Source of the DNA: a virus
IMG/VR virus record: IMGVR_UViG_3300027608_000013
DNA length: 64,000 nt
Reading direction: 5' to 3' (one strand)
Below, one piece after another: positions 51,144 to 61,058 of the stretch; position 1 is the stretch's first letter; each line of letters starts with the position of its first letter. The notes under the pieces are model-generated. The model saw only the letters and a program-made list of their open reading frames with translations. It did no database searches and had not been told where the DNA came from. Made by a program: the position numbers and the translations under genes.

Positions 51144-51358
51144 TGTCAATACCATATCATAAAGATACGATTAGCATTGTGTTCAAGACATCAAATCGAA
51201 GCAATGCAAAGACAAAAATAAAAACGTTTCGCAATAAATCAATTGATGATATTGTTGATGCTAAGCGTATCATAGGTATTCCGGATAATGCAGTGATATT
51301 AGAAATAGGAATGGGTAAACAGTTAGAGGAACAATATCGTAAAAAATATAAATTATAA
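51143..51358 (+). CDS. Hypothetical protein
   Basis: 71 aa, TAATG-coupled. Confidence 0.55.
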   Translation: MSIPYHKDTISIVFKTSNRSNAKTKIKTFRNKSIDDIVDAKRIIGIPDNAVILEIGMGKQLEEQYRKKYKL

Positions 51359-51361
51359 TAA

Positions 51362-51811
51362 ATGGCAGACGAAAAGAAAGGTGCAACAATTTTTGATTTC
51401 ATTGACGGATTAACACACAAAAAGAAAGAATGGTCGAAATGGTCTGAAACGGATCAAAAGAAATTTTCAGTGTTCATTGTTAATCGTTGGTTGAGTATGA
51501 GAATGGAGTTTACGGAACTAGTTAATGAATTTCAAACATACACAATAGGATTACTTCGACCGCAAGAAACATATAGATTGTATCATGAATTTTTACCTGC
51601 ATCCAAAGGATTTGCAAAATACATAAAAGGTAAATCTGAGGATAAGTATGAAAAGGAGTTAGTCGCACAAATTGCAGAACATTATCAAGTTGCCAAATCA
51701 GAAGCTGCCGATTACATAGATTTAATGGATAAGATGCAATGTGAACGCATATTGACCATGTATGGATATAGTGAAGGCGACAAAAAGAAACTATTGAAAG
51801 GAATACGATGA
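51362..51811 (+). CDS. Clamp loader small subunit (gp62-like)
   Basis: IFDFI..LT..K, F.VNRWLSM, FAKYIK. Confidence 0.65.
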   Translation: MADEKKGATIFDFIDGLTHKKKEWSKWSETDQKKFSVFIVNRWLSMRMEFTELVNEFQTYTIGLLRPQETYRLYHEFLPASKGFAKYIKGKSEDKYEKELVAQIAEHYQVAKSEAADYIDLMDKMQCERILTMYGYSEGDKKKLLKGIR

Positions 51812-52023
51812 GTGTACATACCCAATCACATTACAAAGGCAAAGACAGTCTTTATAAATTTGCAGAAGAGTGGAACTTGAATAGCTATGAATTTGATATC
51901 ATTAAACGCATTGTAAGATGCCGGCATAAAGGTTCATTTCACCAAGATTTAGTTAAGACCAAAGATTTAATTGATATTTATCTTCGCGAACAAGAACATA
52001 AATATTTGGATATTACTGAGTAA
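51808..52023 (+). CDS. DUF3310-like small protein
   Basis: SHY....IKRIVRCRHKG...QDLVK. Confidence 0.55.
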   Translation: MSVHTQSHYKGKDSLYKFAEEWNLNSYEFDIIKRIVRCRHKGSFHQDLVKTKDLIDIYLREQEHKYLDITE

Positions 52024-52034
52024 TTTCATATAAT
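52006..52034 (+). promoter_or_regulatory. Sigma70-like promoter with -10 five nt upstream of ATG
   Basis: TTGGAT 52006-52011, N17, TATAAT 52029-52034, ATG 52040. Confidence 0.62.
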
Positions 52035-52039
52035 AAGTT

Positions 52040-52996
52040 ATGAAATCAGGAAATTATCTAAGTCCAATATATAAACTGTCAATGCCAGATGCAACGACGG
52101 TACCACGCAAAATATCTTATTCGCAATGGTCAATGTATGAACGATGTCCATTAAATTGGAAATTAGCATATATTGATGGCCTGTCTGCATTCACATCAAG
52201 CATTGATACCGTGTTCGGTACAGCATTTCACGAAACATTGCAATACTATTTAACGGTATTATATACAGAGTCAGTTAAGAAAGCTGATTCATTGAATTTA
52301 CCGGAAATATTGAAAAATAAATTGCGTGAAGAATATTTACGATGTGTTGCTGAAAATAACAATGAACATTTTTCAAATCCATTACAATTGGCTGAATATC
52401 ACGGTGATGGTGTTGCTATACTGGATTGGTTCAAGAAAAAAAGATCTGCATATTTTTCTACTAAGAATTATGAGTTAGTTGCAATAGAAATGGAACTATG
52501 TGTTCCTGCATCAGAAAAAAATAATTCAGTATATTGGTATGGATTCATTGATGTTGTTATTCGAAATACCGAAACCAACACAATACTTATATATGATATA
52601 AAAACATCTCGTAGTGGATGGAATGCAACCGCTAAATCAGATTCAATAAAAATGGCTCAATTGATTGCATATAAAAATTATTATAGCAAACAATTCGGAA
52701 TGCCAATAGATAACATTACAGTTGAATTCTTCATTGTTAAAAGAAAGATAATAGAAGAATCAATGTTTCCTCAAAAACGCATTCAAATTGTAAGGCCAGC
52801 AGCAGGATCAGTTACTAGAAAAAAAGTACAAAAACAAATTGATGCTTTTGTTGAAAATTGTTTTGATGCAGAAGGCACAAAGAATGCTGAAGGCATCTAC
52901 CATGCAGTTGCAGGTAAAGGTGCAAAGAATTGTAACTATTGTCCATTTAAAACAGATTACGAAAGATGTCCGAAAGAGAACAGGATCAAGGAATAA
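52040..52996 (+). CDS. PD-(D/E)xK exonuclease (RecB/Cas4-like)
   Basis: ISYSQ...CP, FGTAFHE, GFIDVV, YDIKTS, QL..Y, CNYCPF....CP. Confidence 0.85.
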   Translation: MKSGNYLSPIYKLSMPDATTVPRKISYSQWSMYERCPLNWKLAYIDGLSAFTSSIDTVFGTAFHETLQYYLTVLYTESVKKADSLNLPEILKNKLREEYLRCVAENNNEHFSNPLQLAEYHGDGVAILDWFKKKRSAYFSTKNYELVAIEMELCVPASEKNNSVYWYGFIDVVIRNTETNTILIYDIKTSRSGWNATAKSDSIKMAQLIAYKNYYSKQFGMPIDNITVEFFIVKRKIIEESMFPQKRIQIVRPAAGSVTRKKVQKQIDAFVENCFDAEGTKNAEGIYHAVAGKGAKNCNYCPFKTDYERCPKENRIKE

Positions 52997-53208
52997 AGTA
53001 TAAGCACGAGCACGTGTTTGTATATCGATTTGAAATGGAAACCCATGTAAGTTGGCCAGGTAAGCGAGTAGGCACACAAGAATATACTTTGTGTACCAAT
53101 TATCCAGATCCAAACGGCAAAGCAAACAGAACATTGTTAGAATCGATGCTTCGTATGGTATATGGGCATATGCCTAAGAGTGTTAAATTTTTACATGAAA
53201 AAGTATGA
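52966..53208 (+). CDS. Hypothetical protein
   Basis: Fills gap; ATGA overlap with next gene; start uncertain. Confidence 0.45.
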   Translation: MSEREQDQGIKYKHEHVFVYRFEMETHVSWPGKRVGTQEYTLCTNYPDPNGKANRTLLESMLRMVYGHMPKSVKFLHEKV

Positions 53209-53609
53209 ATCGAGTAGCAGTAATTGGCAATACGGGTTGGCAAAATAGACGCAAAGTACAAGAAACGTTGCAACAATTAAAACAACGATTTGGCGATGAA
53301 TTAATAGTTATTGGTGCCGGCGGACAAGAAGGGGCTAATAGCATGGTTAGAAAATATACATTAGAATTTGGAATTACGTATGAAGAATATAATCCTAGTT
53401 TTTCAGGACATAACATGTACTCCGCTATGCCTGAGTCTTATTATGGAAAATCTTATCATTTTAGTCAGTTGCACCACCGTATGAAATTGATTGCAGAACG
53501 TTGTGATTATATGATGATAATGACTAATGAAGATGCATTAGATCCAGTATTAAAAACTGCATACACAAACATAAATAAATTGAAAAAACCGGTTGTAATA
53601 TTGGGCTAG
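53205..53609 (+). CDS. SLOG/YspA-like protein
   Basis: VAVIGN..W, GAGG.EGA, R.KLIAE.CD. Confidence 0.6.
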   Translation: MNRVAVIGNTGWQNRRKVQETLQQLKQRFGDELIVIGAGGQEGANSMVRKYTLEFGITYEEYNPSFSGHNMYSAMPESYYGKSYHFSQLHHRMKLIAERCDYMMIMTNEDALDPVLKTAYTNINKLKKPVVILG

Positions 53610-53642
53610 TATATTTATAATAAAGTTATATAAAAGGAATAA

Positions 53643-55133
53643 ATGGAGTTACCAAAGTTACAAAAATTCGACCCTAACAAGCCGAAGAAAAAGAAAATTT
53701 TATTGTTATCAGATGATTTTCGATTACCGTCGGGAATTGGAACAATAAGCAAAGAAATCATTTTTAATACCGTTAAGCAGTATGATTGGATACAATTAGG
53801 TGCCGCACTACATCATCCAGATGCTGGTAAGGCATTTGATTTGTCAGCTGACATTGTACGGGAAACGGGTGTAGAAGATGCCTCAGTTAAATTGATTGCA
53901 TGGAACGGATATGGAGATCGAAATATTTTATTTTCAATTCTTCAACAAGAAAAGCCAGATGCAATATTTCATTTCACGGATCCTAGATATTGGACTTGGT
54001 TGTATGCATTGGAACATGAAATCAAAACAACATATGGAGTTCCATTAGTTTATTATTCAATTTGGGATGATTTACCATATCCAATGTGGAACGCGCCATT
54101 TTATGGTAGTTGTGATTTGATTATGGGAATTAGTAAGCAATCTGATAATATCCATAGAGAAGTGCTTAAACAGAACGGATTCAAAGTTTTAGATTATGAT
54201 GAATTTATCAATCCTCGAGTAACCGTTGGATCTGATGAAATTATCACAGGTTTTGTTCCACACGGTTTAAATCATAACACATTCAAACCATTAGCCGCAA
54301 CAGATCCACAATATGTTGATATGTATACAAAAATTAAACAAGCTAATGATGTTGATTTTTTAGTATTTTGGAATAACAGAAATATTAGAAGAAAACAGCC
54401 AGGCGATGTTATTTTAGCATTCAAACACTTTGTTGATGGTTTACCTGAAGCAAATCGTGCACGAGTTGCACTTTTAATGCATACTCAAGTAGTAGATGAT
54501 AATGGAACTGATTTACGTGCCATATGGAAAACATTAGCACCGGCGTGCAAAGTATTATTTTCAGAAGCAAAGGTTAATGCACAAGAACTTAATGCAATGT
54601 ACAATGTAGCAGATGTAGTAGTTAATATTGCTAGCAATGAAGGTTGGGGACTTAGTTCAACTGAAGCAATATTGGCAGGTACCCCAATCATTAACAATGT
54701 TACTGGAGGATTACAAGACCAATGTGGGTTTACGGATGAAAATGGAGAATGGATTAGATTTAACAATGAATTTGCAACAAATCACACCGGTAAATATAAA
54801 AATCATGGAGTTTGGGTAAAACCAGTATTTCCAAGTAATAGATCGTTACAAGGATCACCAGCAACTCCATATATCTTTGACGACCGAGTAAATTTCGAAG
54901 ATGTTGCAACAGCAATTCGATATTGGTATGATATGCATCCAATTGTGCGTCAAAATGCTGGAGAAGCGGGCAGATCATGGGCAATGCAAAACGGTCTTAC
55001 GGCAGAACAAATGGGCAACAAAATGATTCATATGATGGATTACTTATTTGAATGTAAACCAATTACAAGAAAGCGTTATACATTAACACAAGTTACAGAA
55101 ACAAAATACGAAAAAACAGGAATAGTAGAATGA
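53643..55133 (+). CDS. Glycosyltransferase (GT-B, GT4-like)
   Basis: NRNIRRK, YNVADV...ASNEGWGLSSTEA..AGTPII. Confidence 0.85.
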   Translation: MELPKLQKFDPNKPKKKKILLLSDDFRLPSGIGTISKEIIFNTVKQYDWIQLGAALHHPDAGKAFDLSADIVRETGVEDASVKLIAWNGYGDRNILFSILQQEKPDAIFHFTDPRYWTWLYALEHEIKTTYGVPLVYYSIWDDLPYPMWNAPFYGSCDLIMGISKQSDNIHREVLKQNGFKVLDYDEFINPRVTVGSDEIITGFVPHGLNHNTFKPLAATDPQYVDMYTKIKQANDVDFLVFWNNRNIRRKQPGDVILAFKHFVDGLPEANRARVALLMHTQVVDDNGTDLRAIWKTLAPACKVLFSEAKVNAQELNAMYNVADVVVNIASNEGWGLSSTEAILAGTPIINNVTGGLQDQCGFTDENGEWIRFNNEFATNHTGKYKNHGVWVKPVFPSNRSLQGSPATPYIFDDRVNFEDVATAIRYWYDMHPIVRQNAGEAGRSWAMQNGLTAEQMGNKMIHMMDYLFECKPITRKRYTLTQVTETKYEKTGIVE

Positions 55134-56389
55134 GATCAGTAGTTATATCTAGTCCAGTAGCAACACAATCAGGCTACGGACATCATGCTCGAGAAGTAAT
55201 CAAACAATTCATAGATAAGCGAGGCGAAGAATGGGACATCAAGTTGCTTTCAATGCCATGGGGTCATACTCCTTTTACATTTCCAATTCCATTAGATTGG
55301 CAACGTAGAATAATTCCACTTCCATTAACGGAACAACCCGATGTTTGGGTGCAAATAACAGTGCCAAATGAATTTCAACCTATAGGTAAATATAATATTG
55401 GCGTAACGGCAGGAACTGAAGGAGATGTATGTCCTGCAGATTGGATCAATAAGATCAATCAAATGCAAGTTACAATTGTCCCTAGTGAATTTACCAAATC
55501 GGTATTTACAGAAACAGCAAAACGCAATAATTTATCAATAACAACAAATATTCAAGTGATTCCGGAATATTTTGATGAAACACAATACAATAACAAATCA
55601 GTAACTACTACCGTTGCTGGATTAGATGCAATTTCCGAATCGGAAACATTTTTAAGTGTTGGACATTGGCTTCAAGGTCAAGTAGGTGAAGATCGTAAAA
55701 ATATTGGCGGAATGCTTCATTGTTTCTTTAATACATTTAAAACAAAAAAAGATGCACCTGCATTAATACTTAAAACAAGTGGCGCTACATATTCAGTTAC
55801 AGATCGTTTTGAAATAGAAAATAGAATCAATCAAATTGCTTCATTGTTCCCGGGAGAAAAGTTACCTGCAGTATACATATTACATGGAGACTTAACAACG
55901 GCTGAAATGAATGCAATGTATAATCATCCCAAAGTAAAGGCAATGGTATCATTTACAAAAGCAGAAGGATTTGGTAGACCATTACTTGAATTTGCAACAA
56001 CGGGTAAACCTATAATTGCACCACATTATTCTGGCCAAGCTGATTTCTTAAAGAAAGATTTTATATGTGCATTGCCGGGGCAATTGACTCCAATTCATCA
56101 ATCATCACAAAATGATTTTTTAATTGCAGATGCAAAATGGTTCACACCTGATTATAGTTATGCAGGATCCATGTTGAAAGATGTTTTAAAGAATTATAAG
56201 AAATGGTCAGAACTAGCAAAACGCCAAAGATACTTTGTTAACTCAACATTTACTGAAACGGCAGTGGCTAACATATATGATCAAGTATTAGCAATTATTG
56301 ACTCTGGTGTTAATAAAATACCAAAAGCTGTTGAATTAAAATTGCCGGCATTGCAAAAACTACAATTACCAAAACTGCAAAAGGTTTGA
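55130..56389 (+). CDS. Glycosyltransferase (GT-B, GT4-like)
   Basis: SGYG.HAR, DRKN, KAEGFGRPLLEF...GKPII. Confidence 0.85.
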   Translation: MRSVVISSPVATQSGYGHHAREVIKQFIDKRGEEWDIKLLSMPWGHTPFTFPIPLDWQRRIIPLPLTEQPDVWVQITVPNEFQPIGKYNIGVTAGTEGDVCPADWINKINQMQVTIVPSEFTKSVFTETAKRNNLSITTNIQVIPEYFDETQYNNKSVTTTVAGLDAISESETFLSVGHWLQGQVGEDRKNIGGMLHCFFNTFKTKKDAPALILKTSGATYSVTDRFEIENRINQIASLFPGEKLPAVYILHGDLTTAEMNAMYNHPKVKAMVSFTKAEGFGRPLLEFATTGKPIIAPHYSGQADFLKKDFICALPGQLTPIHQSSQNDFLIADAKWFTPDYSYAGSMLKDVLKNYKKWSELAKRQRYFVNSTFTETAVANIYDQVLAIIDSGVNKIPKAVELKLPALQKLQLPKLQKV

Positions 56390-56413
56390 TAACAATAATA
56401 ATTTTAATATAAT
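56385..56413 (+). promoter_or_regulatory. Sigma70-like promoter with -10 five nt upstream of ATG
   Basis: TTTGAT 56385-56390, N17, TATAAT 56408-56413, ATG 56419. Confidence 0.5.
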
Positions 56414-56418
56414 ATAGT

Positions 56419-57039
56419 ATGAAAATAACATATGCTGTTACCGTTTGTAACGAATTTTTAGAAATACAACGCTTATTGAATTTTTTATTAAAGAATAAAA
56501 GATCAGAAGATGGTGTCGTTGTATTATATGATTCAAAGAATGGCGATCCAGAAATAGAATCATTTTTACGGGCTAAATCAGTTAATAAATCATTTGCTTG
56601 GCATAAAGCTGAATTTAAAGGCCATTTTGCTGATTGGAAAAATCATTTAACATCCTTATGTGATGGAGATTATATCTTTCAAATCGATGCCGATGAAATG
56701 ATTGACGAATATGTTTGTCGATTGTTACCGCAAATATTAGAAGCCAATCAAGTAGATGTAATTCGAGTTCCGAGAATCAACACAGTTAACGGTATGGATC
56801 AAGATCATATGCAACAATGGGGATGGGCTGTTAATGAACATGGATGGATTAATTTTCCAGATTATCAATGGCGAGTTTATAGAAATACCCCAGAGATACG
56901 TTGGGAGAATAAAGTACATGAACAATTAACCGGATACAAAACTATAGCACATTTACCAACAGAAAAGGAATGGTGTTTATTGCATCCTAAAACGCTTGCA
57001 CGGCAAATAAAACAAAATGCATATTATGATACACTCTAG
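56419..57039 (+). CDS. Glycosyltransferase family 2
   Basis: ITYAVTVCNE, FQIDADE, PDYQ.R, W..KVHE. Confidence 0.85.
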   Translation: MKITYAVTVCNEFLEIQRLLNFLLKNKRSEDGVVVLYDSKNGDPEIESFLRAKSVNKSFAWHKAEFKGHFADWKNHLTSLCDGDYIFQIDADEMIDEYVCRLLPQILEANQVDVIRVPRINTVNGMDQDHMQQWGWAVNEHGWINFPDYQWRVYRNTPEIRWENKVHEQLTGYKTIAHLPTEKEWCLLHPKTLARQIKQNAYYDTL

Positions 57040-57889
57040 TCCAATTACATTTTGTATATCAACTTATAATAATTTACCTTATTTAAAGTTAGCAATAAAA
57101 TCTGTACGAAAGAATAGCTTTTACAAAGATGCTCCATTTATTATTCACGCAGAAAATTGTACGGACGGTACTAATGAATGGCTATCTCAAGTTAAAGACG
57201 AATATAATTTAACTACGATTATTGAACCAAATAATGAAATAGTTAAAGGAATTGGCGGTGGCATGAATGTATGTGCTGAACATGTAGACACGGAATATAT
57301 CATGTTTTTACACTCTGATTTTTATGTATCCAAAAATTGGGATTCAAGTTTATTAAAAATATTCGAAAAATACCCAAATGAAAAGATTTGGACTAGTTCA
57401 CATCGTATAGAGCCTAGAATGTTTGAAAATTCAGATTCTCGTCCGGGTACTATTATAATTAATAAAGATATATGGGGTGCATATCATACTGATTTTAATC
57501 CTACAGGATTTGAACAATTTGCAAAAGAGTTTACGGAACAAAATTCAGAATATGAAATTTCTAAGGGAGAAGGAGTATCAGGCTTGATTCGAAAATGCGA
57601 TTGGGATGAAATAGGAGGCAATGATCCTTTATTTGCACCTGCAAGTTGGGATGATATGGATTTATTTTTAAGGATGACCAATTCTGGATTCAAATTTATT
57701 TTAACTGCATCGTCTTTAGTTTGGCATTTTGGTGCACGCGGTAGTCATAGATTAGAAGAGAATAACGGAAAAACGGCAGACCGGCAAAAACGAGCTGAAG
57801 AAAAAAATATACATATATGGCTAAATAAATGGCATGGTTTGCCTAAATATAACGATGTAGGTATGATAACAGGAATATTAATCAATTAA
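57017..57889 (+). CDS. Glycosyltransferase family 2
   Basis: ISTYNN, DGT.EWL, FLHSD, IGGND..F....WDD.DL..R. Confidence 0.8.
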   Translation: MHIMIHSSPITFCISTYNNLPYLKLAIKSVRKNSFYKDAPFIIHAENCTDGTNEWLSQVKDEYNLTTIIEPNNEIVKGIGGGMNVCAEHVDTEYIMFLHSDFYVSKNWDSSLLKIFEKYPNEKIWTSSHRIEPRMFENSDSRPGTIIINKDIWGAYHTDFNPTGFEQFAKEFTEQNSEYEISKGEGVSGLIRKCDWDEIGGNDPLFAPASWDDMDLFLRMTNSGFKFILTASSLVWHFGARGSHRLEENNGKTADRQKRAEEKNIHIWLNKWHGLPKYNDVGMITGILIN

Positions 57890-57903
57890 AAACAAAATAA
57901 CAC

Positions 57904-58872
57904 ATGAAGAAACGAGCATTAATTACAGGAATCGGCGGAATGGATGGATCGCATCTAGCTGAATTCTTATTATCTAAAGATTATGAAGTATTTGGATTAG
58001 AACGAAGAAAATCTACTCCATATTCACCGAATTTAAAAAATGTTAGTAATAACATTAATTTATTGAAAGGAGATTTATCCGATCAAAACTCATTGCTTCG
58101 AGCAGTTAAAGAAAGTGAGCCACATGAAGTTTATAATTTAGGTGCACAATCATTTGCAGGAGAAAGTTGGGGAACTCCAGAACAAACATCTGATATTACA
58201 GGTTTAGGTGCATTACGGGTACTTGAAGCAATTCGAGAGTATGGAAATAAAAATACTAAATTTTATCAAGCATCGACATCAGAAATGTTTGGAAAAAAAG
58301 GTGGAACTGCAAATGAATTAACAGATTTTCATCCTTGTTCGCCATATGGTGTATCAAAATTATATGCACATTGGATAACGCGTAATTATCGAGAAAGTTA
58401 CGGTATTTTTGCAGTAAATGGAATTTTATTTAATCATGAATCTGAAAGACGCGGTGTCGAATTTGTAACAAGAAAAATTACAGATGGCGTTGCAAAAATT
58501 CATTTAGGTTTAGCTGATCACATTACCTTAGGTAATTTAGATTCAAAAAGAGATTGGGGTTACGCTCCAGATTACGTAGAAGGTATGTGGATGATGTTGC
58601 AACAAGATCAACCAGAAGATTATGTGTTAGCAACTGGCGAAACTCATTCAATTAAAGAATTTTTAGATGAAGCATTTAGATGTATCGGTGTTGATAATTG
58701 GACTAAATTTGTTAAATTTGATAGCAAATTTCTTAGACCAGTTGATCCAATGTATTTATTAGGAGATTCTACAAAAGCAAGAGAAAAATTAGGATGGGCT
58801 CCAAAAACATCGTTTACGGAAATGGTTTCTAAAATGGTAACTAATGATATATCATTACTTCGAGGTATTTAA
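57904..58872 (+). CDS. gmd: GDP-mannose 4,6-dehydratase
   Basis: ALITGI.G.DGS.LAE.LL, YNLGAQS, YQASTSE, SPYGVSK, LFNHES, RDWGYA.DYV. Confidence 0.92.
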   Translation: MKKRALITGIGGMDGSHLAEFLLSKDYEVFGLERRKSTPYSPNLKNVSNNINLLKGDLSDQNSLLRAVKESEPHEVYNLGAQSFAGESWGTPEQTSDITGLGALRVLEAIREYGNKNTKFYQASTSEMFGKKGGTANELTDFHPCSPYGVSKLYAHWITRNYRESYGIFAVNGILFNHESERRGVEFVTRKITDGVAKIHLGLADHITLGNLDSKRDWGYAPDYVEGMWMMLQQDQPEDYVLATGETHSIKEFLDEAFRCIGVDNWTKFVKFDSKFLRPVDPMYLLGDSTKAREKLGWAPKTSFTEMVSKMVTNDISLLRGI

Positions 58873-59813
58873 TGAAAAAAATATTGTTTATAAGTAGAAA
58901 AGCTGAAAGATGTGGCGTTGCTGATTATGGCCGCCGCATCAATTCGGTATTGCAAACATCTACATTATTTATAACTAATTGGGTTGAAATTGAAACAGCT
59001 GAAGAATTTACACTAGCTTTCAACGAAACGCAACCAGATCTGGTTCTATACAATTATTATCCTATAATATTACCGTTTATAACAGATGAATTTTTAAGTG
59101 ATAAACGTCATGTTCCCCATGTTGCATTGTATCATGAAGTTGGATTAGCATTTACTCCTACTGCAATAATTGATGTTGATTCTACATTACCGGATAATTT
59201 AGAAAATTTACATTTTTCTGTTCCTAGACCATTATTCGATAATTTTAAAAATGATGATACACTGACACATAATGATATCATTACAATTGGAACATTTGGA
59301 TTCGGATTTAGAGACAAAAATTTTCCAAAATTAGCACAATTGGTTTGTGAGCAGTTTGATACCGCAAAAATAAGAATAAATACGCCATTTGCTACATTTG
59401 GAGATGTTGATGGTCAATCAGCTCGTAACGAAATTGAAAAAATGAAATATGTAATTGCGAATAGCGGCAAGAATATTATTTTAGATGTCAATCATGATTT
59501 TTTAGAACATGAAGATTTATTAAATTTTCTACGAGGAAATGATATCAATATTTTCATGTATGAACCATTTAATGATAGAAGTTTGAGCGGAAGTATTGAT
59601 TATGCGTTATCAGCTAGAAGACCGATCGGTATTTCTAGAAGCTGGATGTTTAGGCATATCAATTGGGTCAAACCATCTATATTTGTAGATGAAATGCCTA
59701 TACTGGATATAATAAAAAATGGAATAGCACCGTTGCAACCTATATATGAAATTCATTCAACCACGCAACTACTACTAAAATATGAATACATATTAAATAC
59801 GATTTTAAAATAA
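58872..59813 (+). CDS. Glycosyltransferase-like protein (paralog of 61059)
   Basis: CGVADYG, IGTFGFG..DK.F, SGSIDYALSARRP. Confidence 0.55.
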   Translation: MKKILFISRKAERCGVADYGRRINSVLQTSTLFITNWVEIETAEEFTLAFNETQPDLVLYNYYPIILPFITDEFLSDKRHVPHVALYHEVGLAFTPTAIIDVDSTLPDNLENLHFSVPRPLFDNFKNDDTLTHNDIITIGTFGFGFRDKNFPKLAQLVCEQFDTAKIRINTPFATFGDVDGQSARNEIEKMKYVIANSGKNIILDVNHDFLEHEDLLNFLRGNDINIFMYEPFNDRSLSGSIDYALSARRPIGISRSWMFRHINWVKPSIFVDEMPILDIIKNGIAPLQPIYEIHSTTQLLLKYEYILNTILK

Positions 59814-59827
59814 AAAAAAAGGAATAC

Positions 59828-61057
59828 ATGAAAAACACAACAAAACTATTTAGTTTAGGCGACTTATATGTATCTGATTTCATTAATGTTGATTCAGATG
59901 CGAGAGCTGGTAAACACGATATGACATTAGTTATCGATGAAAGATATGGTGCAGCTCGATTAGATAAATGTACTCCGATACATTCAATGTTTGGAAAATA
60001 TTGGTATCGAAGTGGAACTAACTTAACTATGACAAACGAATTGAATTCAATCGTTAATAGCGTAACATCAGTTCATAAATTAAAAGATAATGATTTATGG
60101 TTAGATATTGCATGCAATGATGGCACATTATTAAAAGCAGTTCCTAATAACATCTTAAAATTAGGTATTGACCCTGCAGAAGATTCATTTGTAGAAGAAT
60201 CATCTAAAGTAGCAGACGAAATTGTACAAGACTTTTTTACAGCTGAAAGTTATAGTAGATCAAAATTCAAAAATAAAAAGGCATCAGTTGTAACATGCAT
60301 TGCGATGTTTTATGATTTAGATGAGCCAATTGATTTTTTAAATGATGTTCATTCAGTATTAGATGATGACGGATTATTTGTATTACAAATGAGTTATACT
60401 CCATTAATGATTGAACAATTAGCATTTGATAATATCTGTCATGAACATGTTTATTATTGGTCGTTATTTTCAATTAAAAAATTATTAGAAGCAGCTAACT
60501 TTCAAATTGTCGATTGTCAATTGAATGATGTAAATGGCGGTAGTTTTAGAATATACATAAAAAAATCCATAGCTAATTTAAGTACATTTGCATCTAGACC
60601 ATATCGGGATGTATGCAATGTTCGAATTAATTCTTTGTTAGAATGGGAATCTAATTTAAAACTTGATCAAGTAAATACATGGGTTGATTTTTACAATAGA
60701 ATAAAACAATTAAAAGAACAAACAGTTAATTTTATTAAAGAAGAAAAAGCTAAAGGTAAAGTTATTTGCGGTTACGGCGCGTCTACTAAAGGAAATACCT
60801 TATTGCAATATTTTGGATTAGATAATACATTAATTGATGCAATTGCAGAACGTTCTCATTACAAATTTGGATTGAAAACAATTGGAACAAATATTCCAAT
60901 TATTTCTGAAGAACAAATGCGCGAACTAAACCCAGATTACATGTTAGTATTACCATGGCATTTTATTTCTGAATTTATTATAAGAGAAGACGAATATTTA
61001 ACAAACGGCGGTAAATTTATTGTTCCGTGTCCTAGATTTGAAATAATTGGAAAATAA
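59828..61057 (+). CDS. NDP-sugar C-methyltransferase
   Basis: YWYRSG, LDIACNDGTLL, FDNICHEH..Y, GGS.R, GYGASTKGNTLL, LPWHF. Confidence 0.85.
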   Translation: MKNTTKLFSLGDLYVSDFINVDSDARAGKHDMTLVIDERYGAARLDKCTPIHSMFGKYWYRSGTNLTMTNELNSIVNSVTSVHKLKDNDLWLDIACNDGTLLKAVPNNILKLGIDPAEDSFVEESSKVADEIVQDFFTAESYSRSKFKNKKASVVTCIAMFYDLDEPIDFLNDVHSVLDDDGLFVLQMSYTPLMIEQLAFDNICHEHVYYWSLFSIKKLLEAANFQIVDCQLNDVNGGSFRIYIKKSIANLSTFASRPYRDVCNVRINSLLEWESNLKLDQVNTWVDFYNRIKQLKEQTVNFIKEEKAKGKVICGYGASTKGNTLLQYFGLDNTLIDAIAERSHYKFGLKTIGTNIPIISEEQMRELNPDYMLVLPWHFISEFIIREDEYLTNGGKFIVPCPRFEIIGK

Positions 61058-61058
61058 A

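Noticed and set aside
52040-52996. CRISPR-Cas system suggested by the Cas4-like nuclease
   Set aside because: No repeat-spacer array or other cas genes; stand-alone RecB/Cas4-like nucleases are common in phages.
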